Source of the DNA: a virus
Taxonomy: Duplodnaviria; Caudoviricetes
IMG/VR virus record: IMGVR_UViG_3300038674_000026
Span: 1-32,122 of that record
DNA length: 32,122 bases
Direction: 5' to 3' (one strand)
The notes beneath the pieces are model-generated. The model saw only the letters and a program-made list of their open reading frames with translations, had not been told where the DNA came from and ran no database searches. Within the stretch, counting starts at the first letter, position 1. The number at the start of each line of letters is the position of its first letter. Positions 17,886-25,358 of this stretch are shown here, one piece after another. The translations under genes were made by a program, and so were the position numbers.

Positions 17886-18709
17886 GCTACTTTTTTCATG
17901 TGCGCTTTCATGCCTGCCGGTCTTTGCCACGTCCGTTCAAAATCATTCCACACGCCGCTATACTCTGTCTTTGTTTCAGCAAATTCGCGGTGTAACTGCG
18001 CCGATGGAAGCGCACCCGTGTTAAAAATCTCCCGGAGCCTTGCCTCGTTTTTCTCCATGTCGTCGCCGATCAGCGCATAGCACCTGATTTTTTCCCGCGT
18101 CCATCCGGCCTTTCGTAGCTTGGCGCAAGCCTTTTTAAACCCTGGCAACGCGCCGTCCGTGTCGCATGCCAGCCAAACAACCGGCAGGTATTTGAGGCTT
18201 TGGCAACTGCTTATGAAGTGGTCGTCGATTAATCCCGGCTCCAACCCGCCTTTAAACTCAGCCATATTTTGAGTTTTGAGCATTTGAAAAACTTTATCCT
18301 TGTGCGCTCTGGATGCTTGCAGAAAGTTATTGTCCTGTATGATCTTTCCCGGCTGAATCAGTAGTTCTTTTAATTTCCCCTCGCGCTTCGGCACGCAGCA
18401 CCAAGGGCAGTTGTTGTTGCATCCTCGCGTTGTAAATGTGATGCCTTTTCCGACGTAAAGCCCCGGCGTAAACGAATCGCACGGGCTATCATAAGCAGGG
18501 CCGCCTACTCGTATCGGCTTATTGCTTACATCGCGCCACCTGAATTTCAGTTCTTCGCAAAATGGCTTGTCCCATGTAAACGCGCAGGAGATATGTATTT
18601 CGTCATGTTCCGGTATAAATTCTTTCATGGGAGGGTTCCCTATAAACACGAGTTCATCAATAGGCGTTGCGTTCGTGCGGAGCGGAAAAACGCGAATCAC
18701 GGCGTTCAT
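17867..18709 (-). CDS. Radical SAM protein
   Basis: TTRGCNNNCPWC (CxxxCxxC), VGGPA, IQDNNFL and LACD; likely start MNAV at 18709, overlapping the upstream stop. Confidence 0.85.
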   Translation of the reverse strand: MNAVIRVFPLRTNATPIDELVFIGNPPMKEFIPEHDEIHISCAFTWDKPFCEELKFRWRDVSNKPIRVGGPAYDSPCDSFTPGLYVGKGITFTTRGCNNNCPWCCVPKREGKLKELLIQPGKIIQDNNFLQASRAHKDKVFQMLKTQNMAEFKGGLEPGLIDDHFISSCQSLKYLPVVWLACDTDGALPGFKKACAKLRKAGWTREKIRCYALIGDDMEKNEARLREIFNTGALPSAQLHREFAETKTEYSGVWNDFERTWQRPAGMKAHMKKVAEKTGT

Positions 18710-18852
18710 TTTCTTGCGTCCTCGCTTTCGTCGCAATTTTTACAGTCTCCGTCGCATGAGTTCTGGCCGTCCGTAACATCCGGCACATCGTCACACCAAG
18801 CGCTATATTCGTTACACCACAACCCTTGTGGATAATATCTTCCCATTTTCAT
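18706..18852 (-). CDS. Small Cys/Asp-rich protein
   Basis: AGGGGTG RBS; MKMGRYYPQGLWCNEYSAWCDD...CDGDCKNC; ATGA overlap with the radical SAM gene. Confidence 0.6.
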   Translation of the reverse strand: MKMGRYYPQGLWCNEYSAWCDDVPDVTDGQNSCDGDCKNCDESEDARK

Positions 18853-18918
18853 CAACACCCCTTTTCCCGCCGTTATAATTCGGCGCATTCCGCAGCGCCT
18901 TGACTGTATCTTCGTACA

Positions 18919-18970
18919 TCGTGTTCTCCTTTCACGCTAAACATAGCGTCGTTATGTTCCTGTCTTTTCC
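18919..18970. repeat. 52-bp perfect direct repeat, copy 2
   Basis: Identical to 17834-17885, 1085 bp away. Confidence 0.95.
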
Positions 18971-19380
18971 CGCTGTTGGTATTCGGCGTAACTTAGCCCC
19001 GACTCTATGTACGGCCTAAACTTGTCCATCCACTTCATGTCCGTTGATTTGGATTGCGGCATGTACCACGGGACTAACGACTTGTATTCGCGTGGCGGTT
19101 GTTTCGCCGCCCATCGGTCGCGGGACGCTTTATCACGCTTTTTGCGGCACGCGGCGCAGTAGGTACGCGTCGGCGGTACAATTTCCTCGCACCCATCGGT
19201 CGCGCATTTGTGCGGCACTTTCGGCGGCGGCTCTTTGCCCCGCTTCTTCTCAGCGTAAATTCGGCGCGAACGTTCTCGGTTGTACTCCCGTCTGCGCTCC
19301 ATCGATTTCTCTTTGCAAGATGGACACAGCACAGCTTCGGGATGTAGCGCTATCGTTCCGCAATCTCGGCATTTGTGCAT
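18952..19380 (-). CDS. Cys-rich basic hypothetical protein
   Basis: CRDC..CPSC and C...C..CAAC; ends GLSYAEYQQREKTGT inside the repeat. Confidence 0.65.
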   Translation of the reverse strand: MHKCRDCGTIALHPEAVLCPSCKEKSMERRREYNRERSRRIYAEKKRGKEPPPKVPHKCATDGCEEIVPPTRTYCAACRKKRDKASRDRWAAKQPPREYKSLVPWYMPQSKSTDMKWMDKFRPYIESGLSYAEYQQREKTGT

Positions 19381-19703
19381 TCCGTCGCCTCCAGCCCCTT
19401 ATAAATCTGCATAAATCCGTCAAGCGTCATCGTCACAAGCCAATCCTCGCGGTTTCTGCGGTGGAATACGGCGGGGATATTCCACGGTGCACAGTCGTTC
19501 TTGGCCTGCTCGATCGCGGCGTAAATGTTCAGTTTTTCGACGCGCTTGCACTCGATATGTATTCCCGGCAGAGCGTCAACTACGTCTGCGTCACTGTTTG
19601 CACCGCAGTGTTGCTGACTTCGCCTTGCGCCACTGTAGCCGCGCGCCTGTAGTTCGTGCGCCAGCTCTCGCTCTCCGCGCTTTCCCTTGTCTCTACTGTT
19701 CAT
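19350..19703 (-). CDS. Putative Holliday junction resolvase (Hjc-like PD-(D/E)xK nuclease)
   Basis: NSRDKGKRGERELA, ADVV, HIECKRVE and PAVFHRRN..WLVTM. Confidence 0.8.
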   Translation of the reverse strand: MNSRDKGKRGERELAHELQARGYSGARRSQQHCGANSDADVVDALPGIHIECKRVEKLNIYAAIEQAKNDCAPWNIPAVFHRRNREDWLVTMTLDGFMQIYKGLEATECTNAEIAER

Positions 19704-19842
19704 GCGCCCTCCCCAACATTTTCTGTATCTCGCGCCATCTGGAGCCGAACCACGCGCGCCACTTTTTGCACGATTTCTTTCTGTCGCATGTCGCTTCGGC
19801 TTCGCAGTGTTCGCAAGGCCATTCGTTAAACGGGTAGTCCAT
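19693..19842 (-). CDS. Small hypothetical protein
   Basis: TAAGGAG RBS; MDYPFNEWPCEHC...CKKWRAWF, 49 aa. Confidence 0.6.
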   Translation of the reverse strand: MDYPFNEWPCEHCEAEATCDRKKSCKKWRAWFGSRWREIQKMLGRAHEQ

Positions 19843-19852
19843 GTGTTTCTCC

Positions 19853-21142
19853 TTATCCGTCGAAAACGCGGCTGCTACGCTTTTTCGGCTTGTACTGTTC
19901 CTGCGTCTCGGTGAACCGCATGTGAGCGCCGTCGAACATGTTGATCGTGATGCCGCGCTTGCCCCTGCGGTTCTTTGCGACGTAGAACCCGATTTTCTGC
20001 GGCGCTCCCTCTGGCATTTCTTCGTACTGCCAAAGAAACACAACCTTGTCCGCGTCCTGTTCTAAGTCGCCGCTTTCCCGCAAGTCTCGCAACTCCGGGC
20101 GCTTCGTCGCGTCGCTTTCCCTGTTAAGCTGCGACAGCGCCACAATCGGGATGCGCAGTTCTTTCGCAAGCAGCTTCAACCCGCGCGATATGCTCCCGAT
20201 GTCCTGATATCGCTTGTCATGCCGACCCTCCGGCGTCATAAGCTGTATGTAGTCCACGACGATCAATTTAAGGTCAGGCTTCGTCCGCGCAAGCGCCCTG
20301 ATTTTCGATATGGTCAGCCGTGGCACGTCGTCCACGATGTCAAGTTTCTTCTCACTGAGCCACGCCGACGCTTTGGCTACCTCTCGCCAGTCCTGCTCTG
20401 TCAGGGTGTTGTCGATCAGCTTATCCATTTCTACGCCGCTGTACCGGGCAACTAGGCGTTCCGCTATCTCGTCTTTCGCCATTTCCAGGCTGAAAAGCGC
20501 TGTGCTGTTGCCTTTGAGCGCGGCGGAAAGTGCTATGTCTACAGCCAGCGCCGATTTGCCAACTCCCGGCCGTGCGCCGATCAGTATGAGATTTCCGCCC
20601 CACATGCCTTTTAAAATTCCATCCAGTCTTGGGTATCCGGTGTCGATCCGATGCGATTTCCGCGTTTTGCCGTCGTACATTTCGGACAAAGCATCGCTCA
20701 AGGTGTGGAATTGGCTGGTCTTGTGATTCGACAAAAACGTTTGGCACTCGGTTATCGCGGTGGACGCCATATCTTCCGCGCTGTCGCACTCTAACGCGAT
20801 TCGCTCAAACGCCTCTTTGAGCTTCCGTTTCCCCGCGTGGTTTTGGACAATTTTCGCGTGTTCCACCACATTTTGTGCCGTCACGGTTAGGTTGACACAA
20901 TCCATTGCGAACTGACGGGCCTCAGCGTCGCTCAGACGGCGTTTAAGGTCATCCTCCGCACTTACCCAGTCATAGCTTTTGCCGCGCTTGTGCGCGTCCG
21001 TAGCGGCCTCAAAAACGATGGCGCACGGTTCGTGCGTGAAGTCCTCCGACGAGAGAAACGTAATCTTGTCGATGCACCTTGGGTCGATAAGTATTGAGCC
21101 GACGACGGAGATTTCGGCTTCGGGGTTTCGGTCAAGCATCAT
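19853..21142 (-). CDS. dnaB: Replicative DNA helicase, DnaB family
   Basis: EAEISVVGSIL, GARPGVGKS, FSLEM, IVVDYIQLM, LSQLNR, DLRESGDLEQDAD and KNRRG. Confidence 0.96.
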   Translation of the reverse strand: MMLDRNPEAEISVVGSILIDPRCIDKITFLSSEDFTHEPCAIVFEAATDAHKRGKSYDWVSAEDDLKRRLSDAEARQFAMDCVNLTVTAQNVVEHAKIVQNHAGKRKLKEAFERIALECDSAEDMASTAITECQTFLSNHKTSQFHTLSDALSEMYDGKTRKSHRIDTGYPRLDGILKGMWGGNLILIGARPGVGKSALAVDIALSAALKGNSTALFSLEMAKDEIAERLVARYSGVEMDKLIDNTLTEQDWREVAKASAWLSEKKLDIVDDVPRLTISKIRALARTKPDLKLIVVDYIQLMTPEGRHDKRYQDIGSISRGLKLLAKELRIPIVALSQLNRESDATKRPELRDLRESGDLEQDADKVVFLWQYEEMPEGAPQKIGFYVAKNRRGKRGITINMFDGAHMRFTETQEQYKPKKRSSRVFDG

Positions 21143-21729
21143 TCCGCCTGCTCCAGCATGTCAATAAGTAATTTAACTTGACCATCCCTAGCAGCGTCCA
21201 CAGCAGCGTCCACAGCAGCGGCCCAAGCAGCGTCCACAGCAGCGTCCACAGCAGCGGCCCTAGCAGCGGCCCAAGCAGCGGCCACAGCAGCGGCCCTAGC
21301 AGCGGCCCTAGCAGCGGCCACAGCAGCGGCCACAGCAGCGGCCCTAGCAGCGGCCACAGCAGCGGCCACAGCAGCGTCCCTAGCAGCGTCCACAGCAGCG
21401 TCCAGTTCTGCACCCGTTATTTCACCGCGTAACCACTTGCGTTTTGCCTCGATTGCCGCAAAACTGCGCGGGTCCGGCTTTTCGATAAGCTCCAACGCGT
21501 TTTCGGCGCACCGACATGCAAACTCATGCAAAACGGGCGCGTCTATAAATTCTTCCCTAAGTACGGCCCACAGCTTATCTTCCGCAGACACTTCGTCCAG
21601 ACGCAGGACATCAAGAGCCGACCAATTCTTTTTCTCCCCGGCAATCGCTTTCAGCCGGGCAAGCCCGCCATCCTCTTCAACCCAGCACGGGCCAAAGGCT
21701 ATAAACTGCTTCAAGGTTACTGTTTTCAT
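21139..21729 (-). CDS. Phage protein with Ala-rich tetrapeptide repeat
   Basis: FACRCAE..DPRS.AAIEAKRKWLRGEIT followed by 18 x (D/A)AA(V/R/W). Confidence 0.8.
   Translation of the reverse strand: MKTVTLKQFIAFGPCWVEEDGGLARLKAIAGEKKNWSALDVLRLDEVSAEDKLWAVLREEFIDAPVLHEFACRCAENALELIEKPDPRSFAAIEAKRKWLRGEITGAELDAAVDAARDAAVAAAVAAARAAAVAAAVAAARAAARAAAVAAAWAAARAAAVDAAVDAAWAAAVDAAVDAARDGQVKLLIDMLEQAE
21185..21400. repeat. 18 x 12-bp coding tandem repeat
   Basis: Plus-strand units (T/G)CC(ACA/CTA/CAA)GCAGCG. Confidence 0.95.
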
Positions 21730-21731
21730 GT

Positions 21732-22451
21732 TTATCCTCCCATCTTCGCGTAAAGCGATTCAAATTGTTTTCGGAATTTGTCTCCGCTTAGAATGTTCGT
21801 CTGCCAAAACTTGTCCTCCTGCGAAAACACCAGCACGTCGGATATCAAGTCCCACTCGTATTTGTTTATGCGGTTTAGCTTGTCAAATGCGTCAGCCCAT
21901 CGTTGTAGTGTTCGCTCGTCTGCCGGGTTCACCTTTGGCAGTCGTTCGCGAATTTGCTTGTCAAGGTACTTGGCGCACTTGTACGGCTTCGAATCGTGCT
22001 CGAAAACTTTCCGCTTGTCCGATTTGCCGACAGGCATTTCGGACGTAATATTATTATTATCATTCTTTACATTATTGTTTGTGTTCATTTGATGTTCATT
22101 TGTTGTTCGTTTGTTGTTCGGGGCGCTTGGCTTATCTTGATAAAGTTCCCAATTCGCAACGGTTACAACGGAAAATTTGTTGTTCGGTTTGATGCTCACA
22201 TTTTGTAACGATTCCAAAACGCGCATGTGACGGTAAAGTGACGAGGGGTGCATCTTTAATTCCGCCGCATCCTTCACCCGGCCAAAGACAAATTGACCGG
22301 GTAAAAGATGCACCGTTTGGAGTCCTACAAGCTGGTCGTGTTCCTTGTGCGTAGCCTTTAAGAGACACCAAATGAAAACCTTTAGCAGCGTCGGATTGTC
22401 AAAAACGGAGCTTGTCAGCAGTTTGCGGTACAGCTTGATGAAGGTTTCCAT
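21732..22451 (-). CDS. Phage replication initiator (second)
   Basis: FIKLYRKLL..LKVFIWCLLKATH..GQFVFGR N-terminus, Asn-rich linker, C-terminal FWQTNILSGDKFRKQF; upstream of dnaB. Confidence 0.8.
   Translation of the reverse strand: METFIKLYRKLLTSSVFDNPTLLKVFIWCLLKATHKEHDQLVGLQTVHLLPGQFVFGRVKDAAELKMHPSSLYRHMRVLESLQNVSIKPNNKFSVVTVANWELYQDKPSAPNNKRTTNEHQMNTNNNVKNDNNNITSEMPVGKSDKRKVFEHDSKPYKCAKYLDKQIRERLPKVNPADERTLQRWADAFDKLNRINKYEWDLISDVLVFSQEDKFWQTNILSGDKFRKQFESLYAKMGG
22046..22186. promoter_or_regulatory. Putative replication origin within initiator 2
   Basis: Four tandem 10-11-bp TTTG(w)TGTTC(A/G) units at 22078-22120, a fifth at 22176-22186, next to an AT-rich tract at 22046-22077. Confidence 0.6.
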
Positions 22452-22454
22452 GTC

Positions 22455-22930
22455 TCACCGCCTGTAAATCAGTTTGTCCTCGCTTCCTTGCGTGTCCTGC
22501 TCGGCTTCTACGTCTGCTATTGCTTTGAATATTGGGTAGGCTTGTTGCGGCACTACTGCATTGCCATAACACTTTAGCTGGTCAACTCGGTTTTTTACAC
22601 CCGTTGCCACTCTCGGAATGTCCGGCTCTACTCGGAGATATTCGCCCAGCCAGGAGGAAAGCCCATCAGCCAACATACCCATTCCGCGTTTAATGAGCCG
22701 CCGTTTTTCTCCATCACAGCATCCGGCAAAGAGTTTGTTTCTGTTCTCCCAACCGTCGCAAGTGTTTCCGGTTTCCTTGCGCCCTTGTAATCCCGTTGTG
22801 TCGGTGTCGGCCACATCTGCACCTGATTGCGTAGACGGCACTGTGTTGTTCTCCCCGTCTCCTGATATTCCATCCATGCTTCCTCGCTTTCTGTCCATTC
22901 CATATCGAACAGCGTCGGGATGCCGAGCAG
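22455..22930 (-). pseudogene. 3' remnant of a C5 cytosine DNA methyltransferase
   Basis: WPTPTQRDYKG..LNAEWVCWLMGFPPGW in one frame and GVKNRVDQLKCYGNAVVPQQAY in another; no N-terminal FxGxGG or PC motifs. Confidence 0.75.
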
Positions 22931-23118
22931 CTGCACAGCGTCTTCCCAAGTCCGAAGCTTGAGAAATTCGCCCGACGGCCACCGCGCACCATCCAGAGGA
23001 CAGTGTCCCGCTCGTGCGGCTTCAGGATCGGATTGACCTCGTCCGGCGATATATCGAGGATCCCGGCGTCCGGCGCGATATCGATTTTCGATTTCAGGAA
23101 ATCTATGTAACTTTTCAT
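22931..23118 (-). pseudogene. 5' remnant of an SNF2-type helicase (-methylase) gene
   Basis: MKSYIDFLKSKID...LKPHERDTVLWMVRGGRRANFSSFGLGKT; similarity ends right after the Walker A motif. Confidence 0.7.
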
Positions 23119-23642
23119 CCCGCATCCTTCAGCAGTAATTCATCCTCCGGCCTGACGCGCCATAGCCCCTGCGCCCCGCGCATCGGTACCGGCTCTTTCA
23201 GCATCCGCACGTTTGCGAACTCCCATGCGAAGCGGCCGGGCGTCCAGTCGCCAAACAACAGATCGTTTCCGGTCACCTCTACGACATGCCCGTCTTTTCT
23301 GAACTGCGCATAGGCGACCTTCCCGCCTATGCTTGTCCTGCCGGTCATCGGGTAGCACCCGACAAGCTCGCCGACAGCGACGACCGCGCCAAGGGGAAGC
23401 TTTTTCAGTCCATCTTCATGAATTCCCGTCACGCCGTAAAACGGGAAAAGAGCTTTATACATCGCGTCCCAGTTTTCGTCGGGTATATCATCGACGACTG
23501 ATGACGTGAGTTTCTTGGCCGCGTGTATCGCAATCGGCCCCCGGTACGACGTAGCCCAGCCGCGCGTCTCGTATTCTTTAGCGCCGATGGCCAGCAGGGA
23601 GGCCCAGGGCTGCCACAAGGTCAATCCTCGCATTTCACTCAT
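23115..23642 (-). CDS. ASCH domain protein
   Basis: LTLWQPWASLLAIGAKEYETRGW..YRGPIAIHA, FGDWTPGRFAW and PMRGAQGLW. Confidence 0.9.
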   Translation of the reverse strand: MSEMRGLTLWQPWASLLAIGAKEYETRGWATSYRGPIAIHAAKKLTSSVVDDIPDENWDAMYKALFPFYGVTGIHEDGLKKLPLGAVVAVGELVGCYPMTGRTSIGGKVAYAQFRKDGHVVEVTGNDLLFGDWTPGRFAWEFANVRMLKEPVPMRGAQGLWRVRPEDELLLKDAG

Positions 23643-23869
23643 GATCTAAACGCCTCCAAAACGCGCTCGTGCAGGTCAAACCATTCGTCTACCTCGGCTT
23701 CGGTTTTAAACTTGGGCCAGTGACCCGGCACCACAGTGAAGCCCGCTTTTTCGTAGCGCTTATAAAAGTACTGCTCAACATCGTCCCCCTCGGGAGCGTT
23801 TCCGCCCCCGCTGTACTCGACGCGCACGGCCGATTCGGACGCGTCGCCGGGTCGTTTGTGCTTACGCAT
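23639..23869 (-). CDS. Small hypothetical protein
   Basis: Likely start MRKHK after GGAG; coupled on both sides. Confidence 0.55.
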   Translation of the reverse strand: MRKHKRPGDASESAVRVEYSGGGNAPEGDDVEQYFYKRYEKAGFTVVPGHWPKFKTEAEVDEWFDLHERVLEAFRS

Positions 23870-24575
23870 TTGCGGCATCTCCATTGACCTCATACGGCAG
23901 GACGGTTCGCTGTTCACCGCCGTTGTACGGGCCGACGACGCCGGCGGCTTCGAGGGCGTACATAACATCCGAGGCCAGCCGGAAGCTCAGTTTCAATTTG
24001 CGCTGCAAAAGCGAGGTCGTGGCGCTGCCAGCCTCCCGAACAATCTTTGTTGCCTCTTCAAGATAAAAGCTGGCGTCGTCGTCATCCGGCAGGCCGTCGC
24101 CGTCGTTATCGGATTCGGCGTTTTCGTCTGTGATTTCGCCCTGATCGTTCTCGGAATCGGCATCATCGTTCTTTTTGGCCTCGTAATTGATGGCCGGCCA
24201 CGCCTTGACGGCAAGCAGATTCCCGCGCGTAACTTCGCAGTGGAAATGCTGGAGCCAGAGGGAGTGCATTTTCTTGAACAGGTTCTTGATCTTGTTGAAA
24301 AGCGCCTCGCTGATCTCAAACTTGTCGGACATCTGATATTCCAGGTCGCCTCCAACGAACCGGAACACAATCGAAGCGTCCTGCCCGATGTAGCCGGTGT
24401 CGCATTGACCGGCGTTTTCAAGCATCGTGAGCTGCCCGGAAGGGCTTTCGTCCGGCCTTATAACCAGTTGGATGGGATATCCCTCGCGGTGGAATCGGTA
24501 TGTAAGCGCGTTCTCGTCGCAGATGTTGCCTATTTTGTTCTGCAGCGCTTCGAGTTTAGTCATTTCCTCGGTCAT
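23862..24575 (-). CDS. Protein with C-terminal FtsK gamma (winged-helix) domain, no motor domain
   Basis: Acidic linker, then EEATKIVREAGSATTSLLQRKLKLSFRLASDVMYALEAAGVVGPYNGGEQRTVL. Confidence 0.8.
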   Translation of the reverse strand: MTEEMTKLEALQNKIGNICDENALTYRFHREGYPIQLVIRPDESPSGQLTMLENAGQCDTGYIGQDASIVFRFVGGDLEYQMSDKFEISEALFNKIKNLFKKMHSLWLQHFHCEVTRGNLLAVKAWPAINYEAKKNDDADSENDQGEITDENAESDNDGDGLPDDDDASFYLEEATKIVREAGSATTSLLQRKLKLSFRLASDVMYALEAAGVVGPYNGGEQRTVLPYEVNGDAANA

Positions 24576-24578
24576 GAA

Positions 24579-25058
24579 TTAACCCTCCTGAATGAATTTT
24601 TGAATCTGGATCGATATATCAAGCCTTGGCCGATATGAGTAGTATTTGCTGACTATGGCCGTCACGATCTGAGCGTCGTCTCGGTACGCGACCTGATTCA
24701 AGCTGTCGGCGACGACCTTGAGGATGTTGTCCGCGTCCGGTTTCTTCGTCGGCCGGACTGCGCCGAGCTCCATTCCCTGCTTCTTGCGCTTGCTGGCGCT
24801 GGCCGGGATGCCGTAGTAAGCGGCGACGTTGATGCTCAGCATCGCATCATCGGGGAAGCGCTCGTTGCCGACCTGCCGCCTGTACTCTGTCTTGATCAGA
24901 TTTTCATAGACCACGGTCTTATCCGGCGTTCTCTCGTTTATGATCGGCCTGCCGGTTTTGGGGTTTATTACGGGCGCTCCGTTCTTTTTGCAAATCACGT
25001 TTGCACGCGGACGGCCTTTGCCTTGCGGCTCACCGAGAACGGTGAAATTGATGTTCAT
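24579..25058 (-). CDS. rusA: RusA-family Holliday junction resolvase
   Basis: GEPQGKGRPR and PTKKPDADNILKVVADSLNQVAYRDDAQIV. Confidence 0.92.
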   Translation of the reverse strand: MNINFTVLGEPQGKGRPRANVICKKNGAPVINPKTGRPIINERTPDKTVVYENLIKTEYRRQVGNERFPDDAMLSINVAAYYGIPASASKRKKQGMELGAVRPTKKPDADNILKVVADSLNQVAYRDDAQIVTAIVSKYYSYRPRLDISIQIQKFIQEG

Positions 25059-25348
25059 AGGCGCTTCAGATTAGCAATGCAGAGCGCAATCTTCCCGACG
25101 CGTTGACAATAGTTCCATTCGATCATTGCACCCTCGCTTTGCTGATAGTCCGGAAGAAATACGGCGTAGTCGGCAGAGTCCAACATCGCCATGCATATGC
25201 GCATATAATCTGCCTGTTCCATTCCGGCCGGCAGTACGGCGGGATTCAGCACTATATGGCCACATTTCGCCAGCTTGTCCGCCGTTGCTTTAAATTTTGC
25301 CTTGTAGTTTTCGTCGCCGGTTATCTTCCCAGCTATGTAAACCTTCAT
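25055..25348 (-). CDS. DUF4406 family (nucleoside deoxyribosyltransferase-like fold)
   Basis: MKVYIAGKITG, VLNPA, YMRICMAMLDSAD and SEGAMIE; start at 25348 after GAGGTG. Confidence 0.85.
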   Translation of the reverse strand: MKVYIAGKITGDENYKAKFKATADKLAKCGHIVLNPAVLPAGMEQADYMRICMAMLDSADYAVFLPDYQQSEGAMIEWNYCQRVGKIALCIANLKRL

Positions 25349-25358
25349 TTCCCACACC

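Noticed and set aside
17834-18970. Canonical integron attC sites or IS target-site duplication
   Set aside because: The AAC...GTT span is only about 22 bp, far shorter than attC; there is no integrase, transposase or terminal inverted repeat; 52 bp is too long for a target duplication.
21185-21400. CRISPR array
   Set aside because: Contiguous 12-bp units with no unique spacers, in frame within a gene; no cas genes.
21132-21432. LLWP/LLGP and SSGH/SSGP repeat ORFs
   Set aside because: Alternative-frame readings of the stop-free 12-bp repeat.
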